Assembly: GCA_031291875.1 (NCBI GenBank)
Contig: JARLIE010000040.1
Location: forward strand, 132,088-196,087
Origin: Minisyncoccota bacterium
GTDB lineage: Bacteria; Patescibacteriota; Minisyncoccia; Phycocordibacterales; UBA2100
Direction of reading: 5' to 3'
Length of the DNA: 64,000 bases
The stretch's first letter is position 1, and every line of letters starts with the position of its first letter. Under the pieces are notes generated by a model. It was not told the DNA's origin. It saw only the letters and a program-made list of their open reading frames with translations, and did not search any database. The translations under genes and the position numbers were made by a program. Positions 8,969 to 22,233 of this stretch are shown here, piece by piece.

Positions 8969-10000
8969 ATGAATGTTCGAGAGCATGAGCCCCTCATAAA
9001 GGCTGCCGGTTTAGGATTTGTGGCAGGAGGGATTATTGTCGGGCTTTGCGTCTATGTACTTACCCCTCGTGCACCTGAGATTCAGGCACTGCGCGAGAGT
9101 AACATTGCCTCCAGTACGGGATATGCATTCACTGACCCGCTGATAGGTCTTGCGTCGACCAACGGCGTAAACTCCCCGCAGTATTTTCAACTGCAAAACC
9201 AGGTGCAGGATTACATCAATGCTCAGGAGCAGCAGGGCGATCTTTTTTCTGCGGCAGTTAAATTTAGCGACATCGAAGCTGCCCAGGGTTTTACCATCAA
9301 TCCTGGCGAACAATATGATCCAGCTAGTCTCACAAAAGTTCCGCTTACAATGGCGTACTACTCGCTTGCGCAGAACGACCCCTCTATCTTGTCGCAAGAA
9401 ATTACCGCGAACTTTTCCCAAGACCTCGATGCAAGCGAGCAGGTAGAATCGCCAACTCAGCTCACGAAGGGTGATACCTATACCGTCGAGCAGTTGATTG
9501 GGCACATGATTAGGTATTCCGACAACAACGCCGAACAGCTTTTGGCGGATCATTTGGCCGCAATAGGGCAGCTCAGTGTGCTTTCGCAGCTTTTCAGTAG
9601 TCTCGGCATCCCGGTGAACGCGGATAATCCGGACGATATGACGGTGCAACAATATTCACTCTTTTTGCGTGTCTTGTTTAATTCAACCTACCTTGATCGG
9701 GAGTATTCCGAGAAGCTTCTCGCACTCATGTCTGAGACGGACTTTAGCGGAGGTATTGATTCGGGCGTGCCCAACAACATCATCGTCTCGGAAAAGTTCG
9801 GTGATGCGAAGATTCCGAATTTGCAGGGTCAGCAGGTCGGGGCGGAGCTCCAAAATTGCGGCATCGTGTACTATCCAAACCATCCCTATCTTTTGTGCAT
9901 CATGACGAAAGGGAATAGTGTACCCAATTTAGAGCGTGTGATCGCGGCCATATCCAAAACGGTATATAGCAGCGTGGAAAGCCGCTATCCACAAAATTAA
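8969..10000 (+). CDS. Class A beta-lactamase-like serine hydrolase, membrane anchored
   Basis: ASLTK (SxxK), SDN and KFG triad motifs, N-terminal TM helix. TATTCT lies 6 nt before ATG 8969. Confidence 0.85.
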   Translation: MNVREHEPLIKAAGLGFVAGGIIVGLCVYVLTPRAPEIQALRESNIASSTGYAFTDPLIGLASTNGVNSPQYFQLQNQVQDYINAQEQQGDLFSAAVKFSDIEAAQGFTINPGEQYDPASLTKVPLTMAYYSLAQNDPSILSQEITANFSQDLDASEQVESPTQLTKGDTYTVEQLIGHMIRYSDNNAEQLLADHLAAIGQLSVLSQLFSSLGIPVNADNPDDMTVQQYSLFLRVLFNSTYLDREYSEKLLALMSETDFSGGIDSGVPNNIIVSEKFGDAKIPNLQGQQVGAELQNCGIVYYPNHPYLLCIMTKGNSVPNLERVIAAISKTVYSSVESRYPQN

Positions 10001-10052
10001 AGCCTGTTTTCGTTCTGTTGCGCCGAATCGGTGTTCGGATTATTCTTGGCCG

Positions 10053-10745
10053 ATGAACACGATCACTAGAAATATTGTCATTGGGGTTATTATCCTCGTT
10101 ATCATCGCTTTGCTCGGCTATATGGTCGTACAGGAGCGAAACACGACCCAGGTAGCCACATCGACCGCTACTTCGACGAACCAAAGCTCCACTTCGACCG
10201 GGTCGGTAGTAACTATTTCTCCCACAAGCACGACGCAGGTCGGCGGATATACCATTAGGCCGATTACCGGTTCTGCAGCGCCCAACTACAAAACTCCATT
10301 GACCTACTCAGCAAACGTCAGTACCGACGAAAAGGCTCAAGACGAAAGTCAGTTTGCGGCAGTACAAACAGCTATTGCTTCGAATCCCGCCAGCTATCCG
10401 GCATGGATTGAGCTCGGCATTCTTCGCGAGAGCACTGGCGATTATCAGGGAGCGGCTGCGGATTGGAAGTACGTAACCGAGCTCTATCCGAAAGATCCGA
10501 CCGCATTCGCCAATCTCGGCAATTTGTATGCCAACGACCTGCACCAACCGCAGCAGGGAATCACGTACTATAAGCAAGCGATAAAGATTGATCCGACGCA
10601 CGAAGAAACGTTCTACGACAATCTCGCACAGATCTATCTCGCGCAGGGAGACAAAACAGACGCGAAAGCGATTCTTCGGCAAGGCATTACCGCCCAGGTA
10701 GTCGGCTACCAAAACCTCCAGACCGAGCTCAATTCGATCCAATAA
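10053..10745 (+). CDS. Membrane-anchored TPR protein
   Basis: N-terminal TM helix, Thr/Ser linker, TPR repeats (AWIELG, AFANLGNLY, YYKQAIKIDP). Confidence 0.85.
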   Translation: MNTITRNIVIGVIILVIIALLGYMVVQERNTTQVATSTATSTNQSSTSTGSVVTISPTSTTQVGGYTIRPITGSAAPNYKTPLTYSANVSTDEKAQDESQFAAVQTAIASNPASYPAWIELGILRESTGDYQGAAADWKYVTELYPKDPTAFANLGNLYANDLHQPQQGITYYKQAIKIDPTHEETFYDNLAQIYLAQGDKTDAKAILRQGITAQVVGYQNLQTELNSIQ

Positions 10746-10769
10746 ATTGCATAGCGCTGGCATTTCTCC

Positions 10770-10801
10770 ACTCCTCCGAAGGTTAATCTCGGAGGAGTTT
10801 T
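10770..10801 (+). terminator. Intrinsic terminator
   Basis: ACTCCTCCGA..TCGGAGGAGT followed by a T-tract. Confidence 0.75.
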
Positions 10802-10803
10802 AG

Positions 10804-10812
10804 TTATCCACA
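10804..10812 (+). promoter_or_regulatory. DnaA box
   Basis: Perfect intergenic TTATCCACA. Confidence 0.6.
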
Positions 10813-11042
10813 GACTTCAGAAAAATTTTATTTCTGCTTTAGAAAGAATTGATGGCTCCTTTGGCATAGTGTGCAGTACATTCTCGTTTTAGGGGTCAAG
10901 CGAGAATGTAGCAATCGAAGTTCCTCTGGTCAGGCAAGGTCCGCAGAGGAACTCTTGCTATCTGGCCATATCCGAGACTCGTCATAATTTCTTTATAAAG
11001 CTTTTAGGGAAGCATGAATGGGTCAATGCCATACTCGCGTAC

Positions 11043-11627
11043 ATGCATAAACTTTGGAAAGTACTGCGTTGGACAATTATCTTTGTCGCGCTCGTATACG
11101 CCGCGATGGTTATCTACGCCTACCCACATGTTCATCAAGAGCGTCTCGACCGCGAAGTGGTTGCGCAAATCGAAGCGCAAAAGATTACTCCCGATGACGT
11201 AGCTGGTGCGCATCTTGCGCCCACGCCGGATCCAAACGCAATTGATGCGACCGTCCAAGGAGTCGACGCCAATCAAAACGGCATCCGTGATGACGTCGAG
11301 CTCGCGATTTTCGCTAGGCACCCAACCTCAAGCGCGATCCGTGCCGCCGAGCTCCAGTACGCGATGGATCTCCAAACTCAACTGACACAAGTGACGGACA
11401 CGGCCACTTGGGCGGCAGCCGAAATACAGCGCGAGCGAGGCTTCGGGTGTCTGTACGATACTTCGCGCGGCGAGTATTCTCGCTTCGAAACAGAAACGGA
11501 CGCCTTGGTTATTAATACGAATCTGCGAAAAGAGAGATTCGATTGGATGCAGCAGTTCGGCACCTCTTATAAACTTTCATTCGGCCCCGATTGCGATGTG
11601 AGTTCGCAGCAGGGCTATGGCAACTAA
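11043..11627 (+). CDS. Membrane-anchored hypothetical protein with DxNxNG Ca-binding-like motif
   Basis: TM helix, GVDANQNGIRDDVE motif, overlaps the downstream hydrolase start. Confidence 0.8.
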   Translation: MHKLWKVLRWTIIFVALVYAAMVIYAYPHVHQERLDREVVAQIEAQKITPDDVAGAHLAPTPDPNAIDATVQGVDANQNGIRDDVELAIFARHPTSSAIRAAELQYAMDLQTQLTQVTDTATWAAAEIQRERGFGCLYDTSRGEYSRFETETDALVINTNLRKERFDWMQQFGTSYKLSFGPDCDVSSQQGYGN

Positions 11628-14169
11628 ATTTCTTTTCTATTTTCTCTTCTTGTGGTGCGTGCCACTTATCGTTTTTGCATCATCGTGTTCTCCGGATTCG
11701 GCGACGGTCGTGTATATAAACGGCATTGAAACGACACAAAAAGAGGCGAGCGACGACATGGCGCTTTTGCGCAAAGACTTTCTGCAATACAGAGGCTCGC
11801 CGAACATCACCTTCTTGAATGGCTATAACCCTTCGCATCTCGGCGGTCTTGGAGACGCCATCGAATCTATTAGCCAGGCGATCAATTCACCGATCAGCAA
11901 TTACGATCTCTTCACGATTATCGCGCAACTTGCTTCGCAGGTACTTACTCGCAAAGTATTGCTTGTCGGTCATTCGCAAGGCGGCTTTTACGCGAACGAA
12001 ATCTACGACTATCTCGTCAAAAGCGGCACGCCGGCAAATTCGATAGGAGTGTACGAACTCGCAACTCCCGCTGATCATGTCGCGGGCAATGGTAGCTACC
12101 TCACGTCTTCAAATGATACGGTGATCAATTTTGTCAGAGGATCGCAAGCAGATTTACGATTGCCACAGGCGCTCCCTGCAAACGTGACCATTTTGGAACA
12201 AGCCAGCGACGCGAGCAACACCTGGTCGGGGCACATTCCGAGCGTGTATCTCAATGGTGCGGCTGCTCGGATAGCCGCCGATATAAAGCGAGCGCTTGGA
12301 GCACTTTCTGCGGACGGCGCCGGATCCGACAGTTGTATTGCTGCTCCGCAGCTTGGGTCTATATACGCTCTGCAAAAGAGCGCATTCGCTGTCGCCGATC
12401 CACTCGCTTCAAATATTGATGCCGCAATCCGTTCAACAGCTACCGCGATCAGTGAGGCAAACACGATCGGGAACGATGTCATACATACTGCTTTCAGCGA
12501 CGCATTCTTTGCGGTGATTCCAAGACCGACCGCACAAAACGCGGCGGGCGTGTTCGCTGTGGAGAAAGCGCTCTACGGCTCAAGTTTGAGTGTCGCTGAT
12601 TACGAGGCGCTTATAGCAGGCAAAGAGATTCCCGAAAATATTGATCCGCCCCCGACTCCGCAATCGAAAACGGTTCAGCCTGCAACGCCCATAGCTTCAC
12701 CGATACAAGCTCAACAGCAAAACAATCAGAACGAAAATCCTGCTCCAGCGACTCAACTCCCTCAATCACAAACTCAATCTATACTCCCGATTCCTGTGCC
12801 CGTGCCGATCACTGTCAGTCCCGGTTTTGGGGGAGGAGCTCCGGCACCGATGCGAACCGTACAAAGCCAAGGTTCATGGACTGCTCCGACAGCCGAAGAT
12901 TCTGGTCCACCGACTTCGACGACCTCGCAGCCGTCCGCCGCAACGACAACACTGCCGTTTGCGGTTACATCGCCGCTCGATCAGAGTATGTTTTCGACAT
13001 CGACCATTGCGTTTACAGGGACTACGACACCGCTTGCGACGATCTCCGCCAGTTTCGGAACGACAACTGTTTCTACCCGGGCAGATGCCGATGGAAGCTG
13101 GAGTATGTTGCTTGAGCTGCTCGCAGGCACCACGACGGTGTCATTCGGTGCCGCAGATACAGCAGGAGACACCACTGCAACCACGACGCGTTCGATCGTG
13201 GTCGCACTTGCTCAATCGACCACTACTATGACTGTTGCGACGACAACAGCTACATCGACCACGGTCGCGACCAACGAACCTGCAATCGATAATCCCTGCG
13301 GACAATCGCCATTAGCGACGAGCGGCTATTTCTTCAGTGGCGTGAAAGACGATCCTGAGTATCCAAGCGGCCTGCTTGAATACCACTTCAGAATCAATTC
13401 GGCATACGCGGACGGCCGCGCTTTCAAGATCACCTGGCAATACTTTGACGATCAATGCGAACAAAGCGCTCCCGAAAATTCTTCGACTCTACAGGTACAG
13501 CTGCCAACTGGCGTAACCGATTGGAGCGTTCGATTTTCCTCACCGACCCACTTCGAGATTTGGGATGATCAACATAACGCCATTGCCCTGGACGAAAATG
13601 GAAGCCCGATCGAGGAAGACATTCCCGCCCTGTCTAGCTACGAGAGTATTAAAATATCTGGAACTATAGGTGGCTCGGCGAGCACGCTGGATTCGCGCGT
13701 TGTCAAAATAAATGGGGCAGGGGAGCCGCCGTCGTTTCCGGATACGGCGATCATCCGCTCGGGCTGCACCAGCGGCTATGCGAGCGGCGTTCTCTTTGAT
13801 CCCGCGTATCAAAAATCCGAGTACGTCGGGCGGCTGCTCCGTATTCACTTGCGCCTGCGCTCGCCCTACAACAGCGGCCCGAGTTTCCCTTTGCAGGTGG
13901 TTGCGCTTGGAAGCGACTGTGGAACGCCGGTTCCCGACGCACCCACCAGCACCGTCGTCGTATCGCTCCCGGTATACATTCGGTACTACTCCTATCGAAT
14001 GGTTACGCCGACGCATTGGGTCCTATGGGACGATGAGAACGATATAGAGGCGTGCGCAGGATGCGAAGGCGACATTCCGGCCGATACGATCTATGTCGGA
14101 TTCTCTGCGACGGCTGAGCTCAGAGGGGACAATCAAATGTGGACGCCGTCTCTCTATCCGTCGCTCTAG
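11617..14169 (+). CDS. Secreted alpha/beta-hydrolase (lipase/cutinase-like) with linker, Ig-like and tandem C-terminal domains
   Basis: Signal peptide, VYINGI and GHSQG nucleophile elbow, P/Q/T-rich linker, two similar C-terminal modules (..HFRINSAY..THFEIWDD / ..HLRLRSPY..THWVLWDD). Confidence 0.8.
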   Translation: MATKFLFYFLFLWCVPLIVFASSCSPDSATVVYINGIETTQKEASDDMALLRKDFLQYRGSPNITFLNGYNPSHLGGLGDAIESISQAINSPISNYDLFTIIAQLASQVLTRKVLLVGHSQGGFYANEIYDYLVKSGTPANSIGVYELATPADHVAGNGSYLTSSNDTVINFVRGSQADLRLPQALPANVTILEQASDASNTWSGHIPSVYLNGAAARIAADIKRALGALSADGAGSDSCIAAPQLGSIYALQKSAFAVADPLASNIDAAIRSTATAISEANTIGNDVIHTAFSDAFFAVIPRPTAQNAAGVFAVEKALYGSSLSVADYEALIAGKEIPENIDPPPTPQSKTVQPATPIASPIQAQQQNNQNENPAPATQLPQSQTQSILPIPVPVPITVSPGFGGGAPAPMRTVQSQGSWTAPTAEDSGPPTSTTSQPSAATTTLPFAVTSPLDQSMFSTSTIAFTGTTTPLATISASFGTTTVSTRADADGSWSMLLELLAGTTTVSFGAADTAGDTTATTTRSIVVALAQSTTTMTVATTTATSTTVATNEPAIDNPCGQSPLATSGYFFSGVKDDPEYPSGLLEYHFRINSAYADGRAFKITWQYFDDQCEQSAPENSSTLQVQLPTGVTDWSVRFSSPTHFEIWDDQHNAIALDENGSPIEEDIPALSSYESIKISGTIGGSASTLDSRVVKINGAGEPPSFPDTAIIRSGCTSGYASGVLFDPAYQKSEYVGRLLRIHLRLRSPYNSGPSFPLQVVALGSDCGTPVPDAPTSTVVVSLPVYIRYYSYRMVTPTHWVLWDDENDIEACAGCEGDIPADTIYVGFSATAELRGDNQMWTPSLYPSL

Positions 14170-14184
14170 GTGTAAAATAGAGGT

Positions 14185-14352
14185 ATGCGCCAGTCGCCAA
14201 CCAGCTCATTCTTCAGGTTCCTCGTGGTGTTTCTCGTATTTATCTCCGTCTTTTTTAGTGTCACGATTGCAGTACAAACGCTCTCAGCCAAACAAGGCGC
14301 TGCGCAGCAAGCAGCGGCTGCGGAAGCGCTGATGCTGAAACAGATTCAATAA
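14185..14352 (+). CDS. Small single-TM protein (55 aa), below the ORF-track cutoff
   Basis: MRQSPTSSFFRFLVVFLVFISVFFSVTIAVQ..; TAAAAT 6 nt before ATG; followed by a terminator. Confidence 0.65.
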   Translation: MRQSPTSSFFRFLVVFLVFISVFFSVTIAVQTLSAKQGAAQQAAAAEALMLKQIQ

Positions 14353-14387
14353 AAAAGAAAAGCCGGAAGTCTTTCGACTTCCGGTTT
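14351..14387. terminator. Bidirectional terminator
   Basis: A-tract plus AAGCCGGAAGTC-TTTC-GACTTCCGGTTT between convergent genes. Confidence 0.8.
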
Positions 14388-14413
14388 AGAGTTGGGCGGG
14401 CACGGCGAACTGT

Positions 14414-14761
14414 TTACGGCAATTGAATGTCGTGAATTCCGGCGAGTGAACGAGCGTATCGCTGTTCGTCCGGACCGAGTCCCTCAAGAGAGTTCGTATC
14501 TCCGGCCAGCACGCTTTCGACGATAGCTGCGGCGGGCGCGCCGAGTCGTTCGCGCACGATTTCGACCGTCGCGTACGCCGGTTGCGAAAGCTCGTACAGA
14601 CGAACGCCTTCGCTTTGGTAGCACCCGAGGTGCCGAACCATCGCGCCGGCAGCTTCGGTGCCGCTGGTGTGCTCTTCCTCAATCACGGCTTTTTGCCGCG
14701 CCGGGGAAAGCTTCGCGAATGTGCTGACGATAGGGAAGAACTTTTCATTCCAATAGCCCAT
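14414..14761 (-). CDS. Orphan hypothetical protein (SD-led cassette)
   Basis: 115-aa ORF with its own promoter, AGGAGG 8 nt upstream and a terminator. Confidence 0.75.
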   Translation of the reverse strand: MGYWNEKFFPIVSTFAKLSPARQKAVIEEEHTSGTEAAGAMVRHLGCYQSEGVRLYELSQPAYATVEIVRERLGAPAAAIVESVLAGDTNSLEGLGPDEQRYARSLAGIHDIQLP

Positions 14762-14769
14762 CTACCGAT

Positions 14770-14818
14770 CCTCCTAAATGGCTTGTTGCATAGTAACATT
14801 TGGATGCATACAGGTCAA
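14770..14818 (-). promoter_or_regulatory. Promoter and SD of the orphan gene
   Basis: TTGACC(14818-14813)-N17-TACTAT(14795-14790), AGGAGG at 14775-14770. Confidence 0.75.
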
Positions 14819-14826
14819 GTTTCGAT

Positions 14827-14971
14827 TTGACCTTTACGCTTCGGTGTGTAGAATATGCAGCACAAGGCCAGAGAAAGCGAGCATTCCTTCGGGATATCAG
14901 ACTTGCTGAGGTCGAAACTCTCTCGTCGCCGTAGAGGTGACAGCCTTGGTTAAAAATAGGTTTTTCCGTAT
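14827..14971 (+). promoter_or_regulatory. rplJ promoter and L10-leader-like structured 5' UTR
   Basis: TTGACC-N16-TAGAAT, then CCAGAGAAAGCGAG..CTTGCTGAGGTC resembling the L10 autoregulatory leader. Confidence 0.55.
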
Positions 14972-15469
14972 ATGGCGAAAACCAAAGAACAAAAGCAGGA
15001 GATCATTACGAAGCTCGAGAATGCGATGAAAGGCGCCGCTTCAACCGTCTTCGTTCACTTCAACAAAGTGACCGTCGCGGAGGAAAGCGCGATGCGTCGC
15101 GACTTGCGCAAGGACGGTCTTGGTTACACCGTAGCCAAGAAAACCTTGATCCGTCGAGCGCTCGAGGCCATGGGCCACAATTCTTCGGAATTGCCGCTTG
15201 AAGGTGAAATCGCGATCGCTTACGGCGGTGGCGATGACGTAACGATCGCTGCCCGTACTCTTCACGAGTTCGGGAAAAAGCTCACCGACAGGCTCAGTAT
15301 TGTCGGCGGCATCTTCGAAGGCAAGCTCTTGGGAGCAGCCGAGATGCGAGAAATTGCGACGATTCCGCCGCTCCAGTCGCTGCGCGCGATGTTCGCCCAA
15401 CTGGTGAACTCACCTCGTCAGCGTTTCGCGGTGGTACTCAGCAAGGTCGCGGAAACCAAAACAAATTAA
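14972..15469 (+). CDS. rplJ: 50S ribosomal protein L10
   Basis: YTVAKKTLIRRAL, GGIFEGKLL..IATIP motifs, adjacent to rplL. Confidence 0.96.
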   Translation: MAKTKEQKQEIITKLENAMKGAASTVFVHFNKVTVAEESAMRRDLRKDGLGYTVAKKTLIRRALEAMGHNSSELPLEGEIAIAYGGGDDVTIAARTLHEFGKKLTDRLSIVGGIFEGKLLGAAEMREIATIPPLQSLRAMFAQLVNSPRQRFAVVLSKVAETKTN

Positions 15470-15487
15470 TAGTCTTAGTACTCATCT

Positions 15488-15847
15488 ATGACACAGGAAC
15501 AAATCATCGAAGCAGTCGAGAAAATGACGATCGTGGAACTCAACACCCTCGTCAAGGCGATCGAGGAGAAGTGGGGAGTCTCGGCGGCAGCAGTTGCCGT
15601 TGCTGGCCCTGCAGCTGGCGCGGCTGCGGAAGAGAAGACGGAATTTACCGTCGAGCTCACCGCAATCGGCGAACAGAAAATCGCGGTCATCAAGGTTGTA
15701 AAGGAGGCGCTCGGCCTCGGTCTCGCGGAAGCGAAGACCATGGTCGAGAGCGCGCCGGTCGTGCTCAAGACAGACGTCAAGAAAGAGCAGGCCGAAGAAT
15801 GGAAGAAGAAAATCGAGGAAGCCGGAGGCAAAGTTACGCTCAAATAA
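15488..15847 (+). CDS. rplL: 50S ribosomal protein L7/L12
   Basis: [28 protein letters not shown] motifs. Confidence 0.98.
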   Translation: MTQEQIIEAVEKMTIVELNTLVKAIEEKWGVSAAAVAVAGPAAGAAAEEKTEFTVELTAIGEQKIAVIKVVKEALGLGLAEAKTMVESAPVVLKTDVKKEQAEEWKKKIEEAGGKVTLK

Positions 15848-15946
15848 TCCTGATTTTTCGAGAGCAACACCCGGCGACAAGCCGGGTTTTCTCTTTTTTG
15901 GAGCCCGGCCTTTTTAATCTAGGGAAATAGAGGTAGCATGTGGGCG

Positions 15947-16576
15947 ATGAAAGACGACTTTTTGACCTTGTTCATGGGAGGCAACGTGGCCCGGACTCGT
16001 TTGTTGCGCGTATTCACCTTCGACGCAGAGCGTTCATTTCCGCTTAAGGATGCAGCGAAGCGCGCAGGTATTTCGGCGCAAGCAGCGTCGAAAGAAGTGA
16101 AAATTTTGGAAAAGTGGGGAGTCCTCAAAAAAGGAAAGACAGCATCAATTGTGCTTAGCAACGGAACTGCTCGCAAAGCGACCGCACAAGCAAAAGAGGA
16201 GACATGGTCGTTCGATCCGGACTTCGCCTATGCACGCGCCCTCTCGAGTTTCGTTCGCGAGATATCGCCGATGCGGTATGAGAACGTCGTGTCGACGCTT
16301 CGGGCTTGCGGCAAAGTAAGTGCTATCGTACTTTCCGGTTCTTTTACCGGCGACGAAACTCGCCCGGTCGACATTCTGATTGCAGGGGAGGATATGAGCG
16401 CGGAGAAGCTTGCCCGTGCTATCAAAGCGCTTGAACCGATCTTTGGTCGTGAGCTTCGTTATGCTGTTTTTACCACTCCCGAGTTTCGCTATCGCCTGAC
16501 CATTCAAGATCGTTTGGTACGCGACACATTTGATTTTCCCCATCTCGTACTGCTCGATCGTTCGAAAATTCTCTAA
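15947..16576 (+). CDS. wHTH plus nucleotidyltransferase-like protein
   Basis: N-terminal HTH, LSGSF..VDILIAG Pol-beta-type motif. TAGCAT lies 7 nt before ATG 15947. Confidence 0.7.
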   Translation: MKDDFLTLFMGGNVARTRLLRVFTFDAERSFPLKDAAKRAGISAQAASKEVKILEKWGVLKKGKTASIVLSNGTARKATAQAKEETWSFDPDFAYARALSSFVREISPMRYENVVSTLRACGKVSAIVLSGSFTGDETRPVDILIAGEDMSAEKLARAIKALEPIFGRELRYAVFTTPEFRYRLTIQDRLVRDTFDFPHLVLLDRSKIL

Positions 16577-16737
16577 CGGCGACAAAAAGTGCCGTTTTTA
16601 GGCCATGTGCGGGTATCCACACCGCCTCTTTCGTGGTGAAAAGAGCGATTGGACGACTGCTATCATTATTGTATTCAGTACAAGCGGGTCGAACTGCGCA
16701 ATTTATTTATTACATTTTTAATTAATTTATCTTCATT

Positions 16738-17430
16738 ATGATCGTTAGCCAATCGGCAGACGCGGTCTCAGGCTCGTTCAACGACCTCTGGTACACCGTC
16801 GTCGCCTTCTTGCCGAATATCCTTGCGGCAATCATCGTTTTTCTTATCGGATGGATCATCGGCGTCATTTTGTATCGCGTCGTCGTTGAAGTAGTTAAGG
16901 TGCTCAAGCTCGATGAGGCGCTTAAGGCGGCCGGCATGCACGAAGCGGCTCACCACGCGGGATTCAATCTCGACGTCGGAAAGTTCCTCGGTACGCTCGT
17001 TGAATGGTTCATCATCTTGGTGTTCCTCGTCGCTTCGCTCGACATCCTCGGCCTTACTCGCGTGACCATCTTCTTGCAGACGGTCGTGCTGCTCTACTTG
17101 CCGCAGGTCATCGTCGCTTCGCTCATTCTTATTCTTGGAGCTATCGTCGCCGAGGTTGTTCGCGGTCTTGTTGCCGGTTCTGCACGCGCTGCTGGCGCTC
17201 ACTCGGGCAACTTCGCCGGCACCGTCGCGAAGTGGGCAATCTGGATCACCGCGATCATGGCCGCTTTGACGCAGCTCGGCATCGCGACCGATCTTTTGCA
17301 GACGCTCTTCACCGGAGTCGTCATCGCGCTCTCGCTCGCCTTCGGTCTCGCCTTTGGTTTGGGAGGCAAAGAAGCTGCGGCTCGCGCGATCGAAAAGGTT
17401 CGCGCAGACATCTCGCATCACCAGCTGTAA
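16738..17430 (+). CDS. CmpX/MscS TM-helix family membrane protein
   Basis: AFLPNILAAIIVFLIGW and YLPQVIVA repeats, FGLAFGLGGKE motif. Confidence 0.85.
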   Translation: MIVSQSADAVSGSFNDLWYTVVAFLPNILAAIIVFLIGWIIGVILYRVVVEVVKVLKLDEALKAAGMHEAAHHAGFNLDVGKFLGTLVEWFIILVFLVASLDILGLTRVTIFLQTVVLLYLPQVIVASLILILGAIVAEVVRGLVAGSARAAGAHSGNFAGTVAKWAIWITAIMAALTQLGIATDLLQTLFTGVVIALSLAFGLAFGLGGKEAAARAIEKVRADISHHQL

Positions 17431-17500
17431 GTAACCCTTCGTATGGGTTTGCAAAACCGCGCCGTGAGCGCGGTTTTGTTCATTCTGCTACAATCCTTTT

Positions 17501-18202
17501 ATGCAGGCAGTTATTCTCGCGGCAGGACGGGGAAGTCGAATGGGAGATCTCACAAAGGGATTGCCGAAGCCGATGCTCGAAGTCGCCGGGAAAACATTGC
17601 TTGAACATAAGTTCGATAATTTACCTGCTGAAGTCGATGAAGTTATTTTGATTGTCGGTTATCTCGGCAGTGTCATTCACGATCGCTTTGGCGGGATCTA
17701 CGGCGACAAAACGCTTCTGTATGTCGAGCAAGAGAATGCGGTCGGTGGAACTGCCGACGCGCTTTGGCAGGCCGAAGATGTTCTCCGCGATCGTTTTCTT
17801 GTTCTAAACGGCGACGATTTGTACTCGCAAGAAGATATTGCTCGGTGCATCGCTCCCTCAAACGAGTGGCAACTTTTGGTAACGAAAATGGAAGAAACAA
17901 AACCCTACGCGAAGGTCATCATGGACAAGCAGGGAATCGTAAGCGAGATACATGAAGCAGGAGATCACGACGGCGGACCCGGATACATTAATACGGCTGC
18001 CTGTGTTCTCGACACGCGAATATTCGAACACGCTCCTGTTCCGAAAGCGCCTGGCTCTTCGGAGTTGGGACTTCCACAAACGATGATCGTCGCGGCGCAT
18101 GAAATCCCCGTTGCGGTTCATGGCGTCGCCGCAACTGGATGGTTCCCTGTAACCGCGCCGGAAGATTTGGAGAAAGCAGAAAAATTCTTACGGCGAGGTT
18201 GA
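17501..18202 (+). CDS. Sugar-phosphate nucleotidyltransferase (NTP transferase family)
   Basis: AVILAAGRGSRM..PKPML, FLVLNGDD. Confidence 0.9.
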   Translation: MQAVILAAGRGSRMGDLTKGLPKPMLEVAGKTLLEHKFDNLPAEVDEVILIVGYLGSVIHDRFGGIYGDKTLLYVEQENAVGGTADALWQAEDVLRDRFLVLNGDDLYSQEDIARCIAPSNEWQLLVTKMEETKPYAKVIMDKQGIVSEIHEAGDHDGGPGYINTAACVLDTRIFEHAPVPKAPGSSELGLPQTMIVAAHEIPVAVHGVAATGWFPVTAPEDLEKAEKFLRRG

Positions 18203-18252
18203 CTTACGCTCAAGCTTTTTGCACCATCTCTTTAGGATAAGGAGGGATGATC

Positions 18253-18687
18253 ATGCAAACTTCGATACTACGCGGATCGGCGGCGATTATTGAACGCGAC
18301 GACGGAAAAGTACTCATGCACCTGCGCAACAGATCGGCATGGATATATCCGAACTGTTGGGCGTTCTTCGGCGGAGGAGCTCAGCCGGGGGAATCGGCGT
18401 CCGCGGCTCTTCGTCGCGAACTGCTCGAGGAGCTCGGATACTTCTCTTTCGACCACCGTCTTTTCAGTGTCGCCTGGCACAGGAAAGGGAAGAAACGAAT
18501 TCTCGACTACACCTTTCTCGTCAGCTGGCATCAACGAAACGTGCGATTGGACGAAGGAAAAGGGAAAGAATGGTTCTCGCTCGAAGAGGCGCTCTCGTTA
18601 CCAACGCTTCCGCCTCACGAGAGGGGAGATTTGACCCGCCTCCAAACGCTCCGTTCGCGGCATTCTGTGGTGCTAATTGCCGCATAA
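18253..18687 (+). CDS. NUDIX hydrolase (SD-led cassette)
   Basis: GGGAQPGESASAALRRELLEELG Nudix box, AAGGAGG 7 nt before ATG 18253, hairpin at 18693-18721. Confidence 0.88.
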   Translation: MQTSILRGSAAIIERDDGKVLMHLRNRSAWIYPNCWAFFGGGAQPGESASAALRRELLEELGYFSFDHRLFSVAWHRKGKKRILDYTFLVSWHQRNVRLDEGKGKEWFSLEEALSLPTLPPHERGDLTRLQTLRSRHSVVLIAA

Positions 18688-18763
18688 TTACTAGATCCCC
18701 ATGGTTCAGCCGTGGGGATCTTACCTATAAAATCGGCAAGATAGTTGCCGGTAAGGCAAAGAT

Positions 18764-18792
18764 TTGACAGAAAATGACGCCTCGAATATACT
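18764..18792 (+). promoter_or_regulatory. Promoter of the 23S-5S unit
   Basis: TTGACA-N17-TATACT, boxA-like GCTCGTTGAAAAC at 18920. Confidence 0.85.
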
Positions 18793-19110
18793 CCGCAGCA
18801 CATATGGTGTTCGGAATGAGGGCGAAAAGGCGGCAACCGTAATGCGGGGGGAACCCCCACACCAAGGTGGCCGCGAAAGCGGCCTTTTTCACGCTTGAAA
18901 AAGCACGAAATCATATGTTGCTCGTTGAAAACTGAAGAGCGACACAAGAAAGAATCAAACGTTCCGTTTGGGTTATAAGTCTTTCCCGAACGGAATGCAG
19001 GAATCCGCCGTAAGGCGGGCAAAAAGAAAACATCAAGTCGCGTCTTCCTCTTGTAGGGAAGATGCGCAGTTCTCGTGAAAAAGCAGCGGTGTTTTTTCAC
19101 GAGACGTAAT

Positions 19111-22121
<3,011 letters not shown>

Positions 22122-22233
22122 TAACGAATTGTTTTCTCTGTTTTGCCGGAATAGTGCACGCACTATTCTGCGCAAATATTTCTTGTGTCGCTCTTCGGTT
22201 TTCAGCGCAGCCGAAGTTCTTTGAATGTTTTGT

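Noticed and set aside
8969-10000. Antibiotic-resistance beta-lactamase
   Set aside because: Membrane-anchored, KFG variant, and no clear omega-loop ExxLN motif. More likely a cell-wall peptidase-like protein.
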